A DNA stretch of 64,000 nt from Lysobacter sp. (GTDB lineage Bacteria > Pseudomonadota > Gammaproteobacteria > Xanthomonadales > Xanthomonadaceae). The stretch covers positions 19,208-83,207 of the forward strand of contig JANMAO010000187.1 in the NCBI GenBank assembly GCA_031359875.1. Direction: 5' to 3'. Below the pieces are notes generated by a model. The model was not told where the DNA came from. It was given only the letters and a program-made list of their open reading frames with translations, and searched no databases. Position numbers and translations under genes: made by a program. This document shows, piece by piece, positions 9,650 to 19,243 of this stretch (position 1 is the first letter of the stretch; every line of letters begins with the position of its first letter).

Positions 9650-9678
9650 TTGCGCGTTATCGTTGCGTGTCCTAGTAT
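9650..9678 (+). promoter_or_regulatory. Sigma70-like promoter overlapped by 17-bp box copy 2 (9661-9677)
   Basis: TTGCGC-17 bp-TAGTAT; box CGTTGCGTGTCCTAGTA. Confidence 0.65.
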
Positions 9679-9857
9679 TTATTCAGGCACCGCGCGTCGC
9701 GCGACCGCGTCTGGATAGTGGCACTGTGGCTCACCGAACCCTGATTGCTTCGACCCACACCGGGCATGCCCCGGCCGCTTCCCGTGCGCCGGATTCGATG
9801 GTGCTACCGGGTTTCGAGGTGCCGGCCACGTTGGCGAGCTCGCCGGAAAGGAGAAGT

Positions 9858-10172
9858 GTGGACGTTCCGACCTACTACGTGAGCGTGAAGCTGCTCGGCA
9901 GCGACGGCTCGACTCGGCGCGGCAATATCTGCGTCGATGGCGCGCGCCTGCGGGCGCTGGCGCAGCACCTGGGCGACGGACGCGCAGCACGCGAGTGGAT
10001 CCGTGTGACGGTGACGGCGCTGTGCCATGCCCACCCCCAGGATTTTTCACTTGGCTCGGCGCGGTGGAAGGGACTGACCGGCGCGACGCTGGGCACGCTG
10101 GTGGATCAGGCGATATCAGCGGCGATTGCTTCAGGCGGCCGCCCGGTGCCGGCGGCTGGTGGCGGGTCTTGA
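9858..10172 (+). CDS. Hypothetical protein
   Basis: AAGGAG RBS before GTG 9858; downstream of a predicted promoter. Confidence 0.55.
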   Translation: MDVPTYYVSVKLLGSDGSTRRGNICVDGARLRALAQHLGDGRAAREWIRVTVTALCHAHPQDFSLGSARWKGLTGATLGTLVDQAISAAIASGGRPVPAAGGGS

Positions 10173-10413
10173 GCAAGACGCGCGCGCCCCCCCCAGGGTG
10201 CCGGACTTGCCGCTGGATTCGGCGCTCTGGCTCGCCGATCCGGCGCTGGCGCGCTGCTCGCTGGCTGCCCGCGGCCTGTGTAGTGTAGTTCAGCGGGTTG
10301 CTTGTCAAAGATCGCGCAAGCAAAGTCCATGGCGTACCCGTCTCGACGCAGCCCGGCCTCTATGCGATCCCACTTAGGGCTTCCATCATAATGCCTCATG
10401 TAATGAGCCCTTG

Positions 10414-10737
10414 CTATTTACTGAGACGCTTGTATTCGTCACCTTCTGCGGTGAGATGACCCGTCGACTTGTCGATCACGAATGTTGCAGTCCCCATGGG
10501 TGCTTGGACTTGAAGCAACCTGTCTTTGATGACACCCGGGAAGTTTTCCGTGTCCATCGCTCCGGAAAGTGGATCCGGTGATGTGTCCGTGATGAGCAGG
10601 GTGCTGCCGTTCTCCTTGATCACCATCGTGTCCTTGGCATCCTTCACGTTCACCCAGTGCCCGACGTACTGGTTGGCGCCGCTACTGCACGCAACGATAG
10701 CCAACGCACAGGCCGTGGCCAGGAGCAACCTCTTCAT
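10414..10737 (-). CDS. Small lipoprotein
   Basis: MKRLLLATACALAIVAC signal peptide II / lipobox; beta-rich mature part. Confidence 0.8.
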   Translation of the reverse strand: MKRLLLATACALAIVACSSGANQYVGHWVNVKDAKDTMVIKENGSTLLITDTSPDPLSGAMDTENFPGVIKDRLLQVQAPMGTATFVIDKSTGHLTAEGDEYKRLSK

Positions 10738-10907
10738 GCATGTTCCTTTTTTCAGTGGTGGTTGGCTGTGATCATAACGAGAAGTTGGATTGCGGCAATG
10801 CCACCTTCCCCAAATGCTGTCGCTGCCGGTCATGCCACTGAAGCATCGCCGCGCCGCGCCGGGCGAGGATGTTCGGCCTCGCCGGTGCGTCCTGCCTCTA
10901 CCTGTTG

Positions 10908-13094
10908 CTACGCGTCCGAGCCCGTGCCTGCGCCCGAGCCGTCGCGTTGGGTGCCGACATCTTCCCCGAGTTCCCTATCTACGGCCGCAAGGCTTTGCTT
11001 CACGCGGACGCGAAGCTGGCGCAGCGGCAGGCTGTAATCATGGCCGTTTCGGACAGCGTGACTCAGTGCCGCACTGGTTTCTGCTGCCTGCACTTCCCCA
11101 AGATTGCGCAGGCTCCCGGACATGGAGTGCAGGGCCAGTAGCGTGCCAGCGGCATCTGCAGGACGCCTGGTAATCAGATCCTCGATCGTGACAAGTCCAT
11201 CGCGGATTTCGTCGCGAATCGCATCGAGGTAGGCGCGGACAGCCGCTGGATCACCAAGCTCTCGCATGAGGGCAAGTCCGGTGGGTTCGGGGGTCGCCGC
11301 GGGGATGGGCGCCATGCGCCGCATGGGCTCTCCGGATTGAGCGCCTACCGCCTGCAAGGCATCCATGATTCGCTGGGGAGAAACGGGCTTCGTCACATAG
11401 GCGACTGCACCTTTCGCCAGAAACATTCCGATGACATCTGGATCGGAGTCGGCGCTCACCACAACAATCGGCGTGCGGTTATTCTCCCGGCGCAACTGAG
11501 TCATCACATCTTCACCCGACATGCCCGGCATGTGCGCGTCAAGGAAAACAGCATCTATCGTCTCGCCCTGTTGCCGCAGCAAATCGAGCCCCACCATGCC
11601 GTTAGGGGCCAGCACGGACTGATGTCCTGCACGCTCAAGCAACCGGCGCATGATGTCTCGATTTGGATGGTTGTCATCGATCACCAACACCCGCATGGAA
11701 GCGACGGACTGGCGATGCGCCGCCAAGGCTTCGAGAACACTACCGGTAGACGCGGGGCGTTGGCCTGGTTCCGCCTTTGCCAGCGTCAACCGCCAAGTGA
11801 AAATCGATCCACCCCCTGGGCGATCCTCCACAGTCAGCGTGCCATGCATCTGGTCGGATACGCCACGCACGATGTGCAGGCCCAAGCCCACACCTTCATG
11901 ACCTCGCGCAGCTCCCGTGCTGACCTGCACGAATGGCTGGAAGATGAGGGCTTTGTTTGCAGCTGAGATGCCCGTGCCCGTGTCGCTGACCCTGAAGCGA
12001 ACATCCACTGTCGCTTTGCTCATGGCAGTTGGCTCGATCTCGATCAGCACGCTGCCGCCAGGTGGCGTGAACTTGACGGCGTTTGAGACCAGATTAGTGA
12101 GCACTTGTTCGATGCGCCCAATGTCTCCCATGAGCACATCGTCGTCGGTCAGTGACGACGCGATTCTGATGTCCAGCGACACACCTTTGTCCGTCGCTCG
12201 ATCACCCAGTACGTCCCGCACCGCTTTGGAAAGCGTCCCAAGGAGAAGAGGTTCACGTGACAGGTGCAAGCGCCCGTTATCGATTGCGGCGACATCGAGC
12301 ACCTGGTTGACGCGATAGAGCAGGGCGTTTGCATTGGTGGCGAGCGAACTCATCAGGGATTGATCCTCGACAGAGAGCCCCGAGGTGTCGATCACGTGGG
12401 TCGCATTGCAGATGGTGTTGAGTGGCGTTCGGAGTTCGTGCGAAATCATCGCAATGATGCGTGTCTGGGCATCACGTGCTTGTACCGCGGCCGCAGACAC
12501 TTCATACAGAGCAGACAGCAGTTTGTTGACGGTGAGCGGCAGGCCGATGAGAAGGATTAAGGCGAACGGGATGAATGCCGGACGAGCGCCCCAGTAGCCC
12601 GGAGGAGCGGCAAAGCCAAGAAGGGCCACCGAACCGAGCATCGCAACAAAGAAAGCTGTTCGGTTGTAACGAGCGCCGATCACGATCGTCGCCAGAGGCA
12701 TGATCGTGATGATCGAGATCGTGATGTTCCAGCCCTTGTTGAGCATGAGCCCAATCGCTAGATAGTTGGCCGCCGCTCCAACGGCCTCCATCCAGTCCCT
12801 CGGTTTGTTTTGTGGAAGCCTGAGATAGATGGCCCACGCCATGCATGCCAGAAAGCAACCGCTGACCCATGGCATCAAGGTTCGAGCTTCGTTTAATAAG
12901 TCGCTACCTCGACGCGGCGCGGAATGCGCCCAGTAGAAGGTCCACGCGAAGAGCAGCATCATCAACGCAACGCGCTTGACCGACACCGAACGCTCGCTAT
13001 AGCCAGCAACAACTTTGTCGATGCGATCGTTGCGAAGCCGCAGGGCGACTTGGGGGAGCGACATGGCGGCGCCGCGAAGGATGTTTGTCTTCAT
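10908..13094 (-). CDS. RpfC-like hybrid sensor histidine kinase (multi-TM sensor, HisKA, HATPase, REC, HPt)
   Basis: ~5 TM segments incl. IGARYN..YWGARP..LIGLPL; ISHELRTPLN; NLVSNAVKFT; DTGTGI; GVGLGL; REC VIDDN..FLDAHMPGMSG..KPV; HPt LHSMSGSLRNLG. Same architecture as Xanthomonas RpfC. Confidence 0.85.
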   Translation of the reverse strand: MKTNILRGAAMSLPQVALRLRNDRIDKVVAGYSERSVSVKRVALMMLLFAWTFYWAHSAPRRGSDLLNEARTLMPWVSGCFLACMAWAIYLRLPQNKPRDWMEAVGAAANYLAIGLMLNKGWNITISIITIMPLATIVIGARYNRTAFFVAMLGSVALLGFAAPPGYWGARPAFIPFALILLIGLPLTVNKLLSALYEVSAAAVQARDAQTRIIAMISHELRTPLNTICNATHVIDTSGLSVEDQSLMSSLATNANALLYRVNQVLDVAAIDNGRLHLSREPLLLGTLSKAVRDVLGDRATDKGVSLDIRIASSLTDDDVLMGDIGRIEQVLTNLVSNAVKFTPPGGSVLIEIEPTAMSKATVDVRFRVSDTGTGISAANKALIFQPFVQVSTGAARGHEGVGLGLHIVRGVSDQMHGTLTVEDRPGGGSIFTWRLTLAKAEPGQRPASTGSVLEALAAHRQSVASMRVLVIDDNHPNRDIMRRLLERAGHQSVLAPNGMVGLDLLRQQGETIDAVFLDAHMPGMSGEDVMTQLRRENNRTPIVVVSADSDPDVIGMFLAKGAVAYVTKPVSPQRIMDALQAVGAQSGEPMRRMAPIPAATPEPTGLALMRELGDPAAVRAYLDAIRDEIRDGLVTIEDLITRRPADAAGTLLALHSMSGSLRNLGEVQAAETSAALSHAVRNGHDYSLPLRQLRVRVKQSLAAVDRELGEDVGTQRDGSGAGTGSDA

Positions 13095-13107
13095 TAGAGT
13101 TTCTTGC

Positions 13108-13869
13108 TCAATGGGTATCGGTTAGACGGTGACGCTCAATGGAGCCGTCAGCATGGATCGCCATCGCTTCGCCGACGCCATCATGCCAATCGGAGAGAAC
13201 GATCCGCTCTGCCTGCTGCCCGTCAGGCATCGTCAGAAAGTGGATATCAGGTCGATGCGTGTGCCCATGAATCAACCGGTGCGCGCCGAATCGCATCAGG
13301 TCCACAAGGATGGGTGCGTCGACGACGTCGGTGAGCGGATCGCCCGCGTCGATCTTGGATTGTTGCTCGGCGGTACTTTCGGCGCGCAGTGAAGCAGCCA
13401 ATGCCCTGCGCGCCATCAAAGGTTGTGACAACACGCCCGCTTGCCATTGTGGATCTCGGGACTGTCGACGAAACGCCTGGTATTTCGCGTCATCGATGCA
13501 GTAGCGATCGCCGTGAGAGAGGAGGGTGGGTATGCCGGCCAAGGCCAACGGATACGGATCGTCGATCAGCGCCATACCCGCGCGGTTGGCGTATTTGGCA
13601 CCGAGCAAAAAATCCCGATTGCCATGCATGAAATGGACGTCGGTACCGGAACGTGCTGTTGCGTGGAGGTGCTCGGCGATCATGGCGGAGAGTTCAGCAT
13701 CATCGTCGTCACCCACCCACACTTCAAAAATGTCGCCCAGCAGGAACAGTGCGGGCTTCGTTCGCGCTTGTCCCTGCAAGAACGATAGAAACGTCCGGGT
13801 CAGCTCCGGTCGCGACACATCCAGATGCAGATCGGATAGCAAAAAGGCGCTCTTCAGTGTGGTTTTCAT
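13108..13869 (-). CDS. lpxH: UDP-2,3-diacylglucosamine diphosphatase
   Basis: LSDLHL, LLGDIFEVWVGDD, FMHGNRDFLLG, SHGDRYCIDD, IHGHTHRP, RIVLSDW all intact; ATG overlaps the upstream TGA. Confidence 0.92.
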   Translation of the reverse strand: MKTTLKSAFLLSDLHLDVSRPELTRTFLSFLQGQARTKPALFLLGDIFEVWVGDDDDAELSAMIAEHLHATARSGTDVHFMHGNRDFLLGAKYANRAGMALIDDPYPLALAGIPTLLSHGDRYCIDDAKYQAFRRQSRDPQWQAGVLSQPLMARRALAASLRAESTAEQQSKIDAGDPLTDVVDAPILVDLMRFGAHRLIHGHTHRPDIHFLTMPDGQQAERIVLSDWHDGVGEAMAIHADGSIERHRLTDTH

Positions 13870-15533
13870 CACATCGGGGTCTGTGGACGGAAAAGAGCGG
13901 AGATGGCATGCCGGGCCTCTTCGACGCTTTTTGAGATTCCCGCGAGCGACTGAGGCCATACCTCGGGGAGCGCGCGGATCGGCTTGTCGAGGACCTCGCT
14001 GACGGCCTCGACGACATGCACGGCGGCTAACACGTAGGCGGCCCCACGAAGGGCTCGACAGCGTAGCTTTACTGCGCTCCAGTCTGCGCGGTCCGCTGCT
14101 CGCTCCATGTCGCCCAGATAAAGAAGCGCATCTCGGAGGGCTTCGGCGACTTTGCGGGGGATGACACCCTGGAAGTCCAGCGGATCGGTGTCGCCGATCA
14201 GGGCATGTACGTCGATTACGTCGATGGGCTCACTGGAAGAGGGTTGGACAGTCTTTGGCTTGGCAGTTTGCATGACCGTAGCCAGCGTCTTGAGCAGCTG
14301 AGTTGACGATACCGGTTTGGCCAGAAAGGCGGAGGCGCCGGCCGATTCGCTGCGTTGACGGATATCTGGCGCGGCATCCCCGGTGATCACCACCATAGGG
14401 ATGTCTCTGTTGCCCGGAGAACCCTCGACGCGCGCGAGCTTCATGACCTGGAACCCGTGCATGCCGGGCAGGTGGAGATCGATGAATGCGACATCGAACT
14501 CTTCAGTAGATAAGCGCCGCATCGCATCTTCCCCTGTGCCAACCATCGTAACGTGATGGCCTGCGGTACCCAGTATCGATGCGATCACGTGCTGATTGCT
14601 GCGCTGATCTTCTGCCACGAGGACACGCTGCGGCGGCAGTTGACCGCGGTGGCGGGCAAACTGATCTCGTAAAGACACCAGCACGTCTGGGTTGTCCCCC
14701 GTCGTTGAGGACAACACGTCCCAAATCTTGACGGGAAGTTCGATGCCATACCGCACCCCTCCATCCGGTGGGGTCGAGAGTTGCACATCACCACCCAACA
14801 ATCGGGCGAATGAGCGCGCCACATAGAGGTGTAAGCCGGTCCCTTGGGGGACAACGCCCTCTTTGACATGCTGCGCGCCAAAGGGCTCGAAGAGGACGTG
14901 ATGTTCGTTTCCATCGAGCTGCCCACCGCGGTCGGTGATAGTTATTTTCACGCTTTCTTTCTCTGCGGCCGCGTCATGTGCATGAACCTTGAGTTCAATG
15001 CGGCTGGCGGTGAGAGAAAGTCCCAGCGCGTGGCCCACGACATTCGCGACAATCTGACGCACGTACTCGGCGTCGCTGTCGATATGGTGAGGCGCGTGCT
15101 GCTCGATAGAGACGTAGATCTCGCCCCCTTTTTCCTGTGCCGCGCGTTGCGTCGCGTCCCGGACGCTCCCGACCAAGGCAGGTAAATCGAACATCCCTAT
15201 TTGCAGGGGAATCGGATCGGACGTCGAGTAGGCCTGCAGGTTCGTCACCGACACATGCAGGGCATCTGCGGCATCACGAATCACCAAGGCCAGGTCATGC
15301 GGTTCCGGGGTGAGTCCATTTTGAAGCAGTAGCTCCGCCATCCCGTGGATAGCCTGTAGCGGATTGCGGATCTCATGTCCTACCGCAAGGGCGAAATGGC
15401 GCTTGTCCCGATCCGAACGCTCGGCGGCAAGACGCGCACGGCGGGTTTCCCGGCGCAGCTGCACGGTGTACGGAATCATCAGGAGGGTCAGGAAAACCGA
15501 CCCCAGGGTCAGGAAAGGGGAAAACAGGTTCAT
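13869..15533 (-). CDS. Degenerate RpfC-like hybrid kinase (one TM, HisKA, eroded HATPase, intact REC, His-less HPt)
   Basis: VGHEIRNPL; N-box NVVGHALG and G1 DRGG are degenerate; REC AEDQ..FIDLHLPGMHG..AFLAKPV; HPt-like CRALRGAA lacks His. Likely start ATG 15533. Confidence 0.8.
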   Translation of the reverse strand: MNLFSPFLTLGSVFLTLLMIPYTVQLRRETRRARLAAERSDRDKRHFALAVGHEIRNPLQAIHGMAELLLQNGLTPEPHDLALVIRDAADALHVSVTNLQAYSTSDPIPLQIGMFDLPALVGSVRDATQRAAQEKGGEIYVSIEQHAPHHIDSDAEYVRQIVANVVGHALGLSLTASRIELKVHAHDAAAEKESVKITITDRGGQLDGNEHHVLFEPFGAQHVKEGVVPQGTGLHLYVARSFARLLGGDVQLSTPPDGGVRYGIELPVKIWDVLSSTTGDNPDVLVSLRDQFARHRGQLPPQRVLVAEDQRSNQHVIASILGTAGHHVTMVGTGEDAMRRLSTEEFDVAFIDLHLPGMHGFQVMKLARVEGSPGNRDIPMVVITGDAAPDIRQRSESAGASAFLAKPVSSTQLLKTLATVMQTAKPKTVQPSSSEPIDVIDVHALIGDTDPLDFQGVIPRKVAEALRDALLYLGDMERAADRADWSAVKLRCRALRGAAYVLAAVHVVEAVSEVLDKPIRALPEVWPQSLAGISKSVEEARHAISALFRPQTPM

Positions 15534-15561
15534 TTGTCGGCAAAGTCGTTTGCACGTAGTG

Positions 15562-15603
15562 CCGTATACGTGTATCTTCCGTATACGGAACGGGGACGTA
15601 TAG
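15562..15603. promoter_or_regulatory. Palindromic operator cluster between divergent genes
   Basis: Perfect 14-bp palindrome TTCCGTATACGGAA (15577-15590) flanked by CCGTATACG (15562) and CGTATA (15598). Confidence 0.6.
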
Positions 15604-15626
15604 CATAGACTTTCGGCAGGGGCTCC

Positions 15627-16076
15627 ATGAATTCCAGCAGTATCGGCAGCCAGGTGGCCGCCCTTGAGCTTACGATCGAGTGTTTGCCCAGGCTTGCGCT
15701 GTGGCAATCAGCGATTCGGGCACGACGGGACGACACCTCGCCTGAAGCCGTGTTTTCGATCGTCGATCACATTCGTCTGCGACTGTATGCCAGCCTGGGG
15801 CAAGCCACCGCCTCGGCGACAGATGGTTTTTGGGAAATTCTCACGCACGACCTCGAGCATCAACGTCTCTGCAACTCGGCTGGGGCACGGAACGTCGATG
15901 TGGCGTATCAGTTGGTGATCGGGAGTCTTCCACGCCGCGAGGCGTGGCGTGGCGTCTTTGGGCAGAGGCGGGAAGATCCATCGTCGCTACGAGAGGTTTT
16001 CCCCGCCGTGAATCGGTTACGCATGCTTTTGCACGCACTCTATGGCGACTGGCGGGCCTCCCGCGCAGGCGCCTGA
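15627..16076 (+). CDS. Hypothetical protein
   Basis: 149-aa ORF divergent from the kinase operon. Confidence 0.5.
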   Translation: MNSSSIGSQVAALELTIECLPRLALWQSAIRARRDDTSPEAVFSIVDHIRLRLYASLGQATASATDGFWEILTHDLEHQRLCNSAGARNVDVAYQLVIGSLPRREAWRGVFGQRREDPSSLREVFPAVNRLRMLLHALYGDWRASRAGA

Positions 16077-16101
16077 ACATCAATTAGGCCGGAGCTGGCA
16101 T

Positions 16102-16362
16102 ATGCAAAACAAGGCACGGGTGGCTGACGCCACCGTCACAGGGGAATCAATTGCGATGGCCCGCGGCGACGAACAATCGACGATGCGAGTTCGGCGCGAA
16201 GTCCAGGAAAAGCTCAAAATCATAGCGGCCATGGAGTCGCTGGAAAACGCGGAAAATGTGTCAGTTTTCAGCCTCGCCGATCGGGTCCTGACAGCTTACA
16301 TTCGCGATTATGAATCGATTCTCGGTCGACCACTTGGCGGTCGATCGAAACAGGGTACTTGA
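16102..16362 (+). CDS. Putative ribbon-helix-helix DNA-binding protein
   Basis: STMRVRREVQEKLKIIAA..SVFSLADRVLTAYI pattern. Confidence 0.55.
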   Translation: MQNKARVADATVTGESIAMARGDEQSTMRVRREVQEKLKIIAAMESLENAENVSVFSLADRVLTAYIRDYESILGRPLGGRSKQGT

Positions 16363-16485
16363 TCCAATCCACGCTCTCCAGGCCCCGGTTTCAATCCGTC
16401 GAGCCTACTGTTGTTCCGCGATTGCTTATGCCGAGTAAGAGTTGTTTCGGCTTTATTTTCTGATTGATGACGGAAATGGTTTCAG

Positions 16486-16800
16486 ATGACTTCCGATTAC
16501 TACGAGACGACGGCGCATCAGATTGAATCCACCTCTTTCGACTCCTTGGATGCGCAACGCATCGCTGTTCACAAGGCAGTATTGGAGATCCACGATGAAG
16601 ATCTTTGCTCCCGCAAGTATGTGTTCCATGACGCCAGTTTTCTGACCGTTCGCACGGATCGGTATATGGCGGTCAATCCGGCCTCCGGCGAGAGCCTCAT
16701 GAGTTACGCGCGTTGGATTGGCGTTGCCAGCTCGATGGAGGTTACGGTGGTGACGTGTCTGCTGAACCTTGTGCCAGATAGTTCAATGTTGGTGAACTGA
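16486..16800 (+). CDS. Hypothetical protein
   Basis: 104-aa ORF with ATG start. Confidence 0.5.
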   Translation: MTSDYYETTAHQIESTSFDSLDAQRIAVHKAVLEIHDEDLCSRKYVFHDASFLTVRTDRYMAVNPASGESLMSYARWIGVASSMEVTVVTCLLNLVPDSSMLVN

Positions 16801-16988
16801 CCCGCAACCTCGCGGCCCCCTGGTCCCATCCTGGTTCACCGGCTGGCATGGCTCAGACGGCCCGCCTTTCGTGGCGGTCGCCTGGGTTTACTCGGCGCCG
16901 GCGCCCCGCCTTTTGCTTTGGCAAAACGCGTCATTTGCTTAATCTCCTTTGCTCGTTTGCTTATCCATGTAGACCTCGCTGCCAGCGG

Positions 16989-17026
16989 CGTTGCGCTTGC
17001 AAGTAAGAGGCTGCCAGCCCTACAAT
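16989..17026 (+). promoter_or_regulatory. Promoter of the phage-like operon, overlapped by 17-bp box copy 3 (16989-17005)
   Basis: TTGCAA-18 bp-TACAAT; box CGTTGCGCTTGCAAGTA. Confidence 0.65.
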
Positions 17027-17062
17027 GGCAACGGTTAACGCAGATTTCAGGAGGTGGCAAGC

Positions 17063-17668
17063 ATGCTCGACAACGCCAAGGGCGACCCCGGCGAAACAAC
17101 GGCTCGTTTCGCACGAGCGGAGTCGCGCAGCGCATGTGCTGCCTGCGGTTCGCACACGGCGTCGGGGCGGCCTGTCTGTGCCGAGTGCCTGACCAAGGTC
17201 GCGCAGTTCAACGCGATGATCGAGGCGGTCGACGAGGCGATGGTTGGCACTGAACGTGTTGCGGTGGCGCTTCCCTCGCTTGTGCAGATTCCCCACCTGT
17301 CGATCGATGAACGGGTCACGATCGGTCGCGCCGTGGCGCAGCTCTGGTCTGGATTCCCGCTGTTCGACGGCCCTGCCGCTGAGATAGACCACCTCGATCC
17401 CGCCGACGTGATGCCCGGCAGCCCGGAGGGCGCGCGGTATCTGTCGAGCCTGCTTGGCCGGCCCGGCATGCGCGCGCACCTCCTGCCGCGGCATTTGGCT
17501 GCGCCCATGGTGTCGGTCGAGTGGCTGCTCACCCGTGTCGCCGAAGCCGCCTACCTTGCCGGCCGACGGGACGATGCGGATCAGCGAGATCAGCTTCCCT
17601 CCGCCCGCGCAGCGCTTTCCGATGGCTGTCGTTTTACGAACCCAGCCCCGGCGGAAATGAGTGCATGA
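17063..17668 (+). CDS. Hypothetical protein with CxxC..CxxC zinc finger
   Basis: GGAGG RBS; CAAC..CAEC. Confidence 0.65.
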   Translation: MLDNAKGDPGETTARFARAESRSACAACGSHTASGRPVCAECLTKVAQFNAMIEAVDEAMVGTERVAVALPSLVQIPHLSIDERVTIGRAVAQLWSGFPLFDGPAAEIDHLDPADVMPGSPEGARYLSSLLGRPGMRAHLLPRHLAAPMVSVEWLLTRVAEAAYLAGRRDDADQRDQLPSARAALSDGCRFTNPAPAEMSA

Positions 17669-18033
17669 GCAACGTCTTCTCGATTGATCGTTTCAACGGT
17701 GAACCGATTTGCCAGGTTTCTGCGCTGGACCACCATCCCCGACCGGGTTTTGTCACCCTGAACTATCGCGAGTTGGACGCGCACGCGCTTCTGATGCCCG
17801 ACGGCGGCTCGGATTGGCGCACGCTCACGGTGGGAGAGGTCCTCACCATGCTTGCTGCCGGCGACGCGCGCGCGGCATGGCTTCGCGAGTACACCAGCAT
17901 CGACCTCGCCGCTCCCGCCCTGACCTGTCCGACGGATCTGTCCGCCCCCGCGCAGCTGCCGCGCCGAGACCATGCCCCTACGTGGCGTCATCCGCACCCG
18001 GTGGACGCCGGCAAAAAGGTGGGGACACCCTGA
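17665..18033 (+). CDS. Hypothetical protein
   Basis: ATGA-coupled to upstream gene. Confidence 0.6.
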   Translation: MSNVFSIDRFNGEPICQVSALDHHPRPGFVTLNYRELDAHALLMPDGGSDWRTLTVGEVLTMLAAGDARAAWLREYTSIDLAAPALTCPTDLSAPAQLPRRDHAPTWRHPHPVDAGKKVGTP

Positions 18034-18533
18034 TGCGGAAGCTCTTTCTCGATCTTGATGGTGTGATGGCCGATTTCGATGGCGCTTTCCCGGCCGAGTT
18101 CGGGTTGGATCACCGCACCATGGCCGATGATGACATGTGGCTGAAAATCAACAGTCACCCCACCTTCTTCCGCGATCTCCCGCTCCTGCCCGGCGCATTG
18201 GCGTTCTTCCGAGCCGCCGAGCATTACCATCCGATCATCCTGACCGCCTGTCCCAAGAGCAGCTACGCGCACGTGGCCGCGCAGAAGCGTGCGTGGGTGC
18301 GCGAACACCTTTCGACTGAGGTGCTGGTGCTGCCCGTGCTCGGCGGTTCGAGCAAGCCGTTGTTCATGCACGCGCCCGGAGACATTCTGATCGACGACTT
18401 TCGCCGGAATACCGAGGCGTGGGTGGCCGCCGGCGGCGTCGCCATTTTGCACCGCGATTTCGACGTCACGCGCCGCCAGCTCTACGATCACTTGGTCGCA
18501 CGCCAGCAGCGGGCAGCCGCGGTGGCCGCATGA
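18033..18533 (+). CDS. HAD-family 5'(3')-deoxyribonucleotidase (NT5C-like)
   Basis: FLDLDGVMADF, ILTACP, QKRAWV, DILIDDF..WVAAGG. Confidence 0.88.
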   Translation: MRKLFLDLDGVMADFDGAFPAEFGLDHRTMADDDMWLKINSHPTFFRDLPLLPGALAFFRAAEHYHPIILTACPKSSYAHVAAQKRAWVREHLSTEVLVLPVLGGSSKPLFMHAPGDILIDDFRRNTEAWVAAGGVAILHRDFDVTRRQLYDHLVARQQRAAAVAA

Positions 18534-19243
18534 GTGCTGTGCCGATGGATGTTGGCGCCGTGATGGATCGGGCAGAGCGTCGCCTCAACGAGTTGTGCGA
18601 GCAACTCGATCAAGAGCCCGCGGAGGCGGCCCGCCAGCTTCGAGAGGCCCGAGCTACCCTGAATGCACTGGTGATGGAGCGCGATCGCCTCAAGACGCTG
18701 ATGAACAACTCGCAGGCCGAGCGCTTTCTCGAAGCGACCCGGGCCGAGATCGCTCACCAGCTCCAGCACTGGAGCGCAATACACGATCGCGCGAAAGAGC
18801 CGCAAGACTGGTTCTGGCTGACTCGCTACCTTGCCGATAAAGCCTTGCGCGCGCATAACGACGGTGCCTTGGCGCTGGCGCTGCACCACACGATATCCAG
18901 CGCGGCGGCGTTGGCAAACTGGCACGCTGCGATATCCATGGCCGATGCACGGATGCCGCCAGCCGGCGGTGACGTGCGGGGGTTCCTTACGCGCGCTTTC
19001 GGTGGCGGGTACTTTTTGGCTACGGGTGATGCGACGCACACGTCCGCCGACGACGAGCTCATGGATGGCCGACACGCCACGGCTCTGACTGCGGCGGGCG
19101 CACTGTCGTCGTTGGTCGACGCCGGCAACACGCTACGGCAGCGGGTGCTCAAGCAAGCCGCGTCGCGCTGGTACATGTTGAGCCAGAGCGACCTTGAGGC
19201 GTTCGAGGCGGTGTTGCTGCGTGCGCAACGGGGTGCGGCATGA
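18530..19243 (+). CDS. Phage-type hypothetical protein
   Basis: ATGA-coupled; HDRAKEPQDWFWL..KALRAH..HHTISSAAALANWH. Confidence 0.7.
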   Translation: MSAVPMDVGAVMDRAERRLNELCEQLDQEPAEAARQLREARATLNALVMERDRLKTLMNNSQAERFLEATRAEIAHQLQHWSAIHDRAKEPQDWFWLTRYLADKALRAHNDGALALALHHTISSAAALANWHAAISMADARMPPAGGDVRGFLTRAFGGGYFLATGDATHTSADDELMDGRHATALTAAGALSSLVDAGNTLRQRVLKQAASRWYMLSQSDLEAFEAVLLRAQRGAA

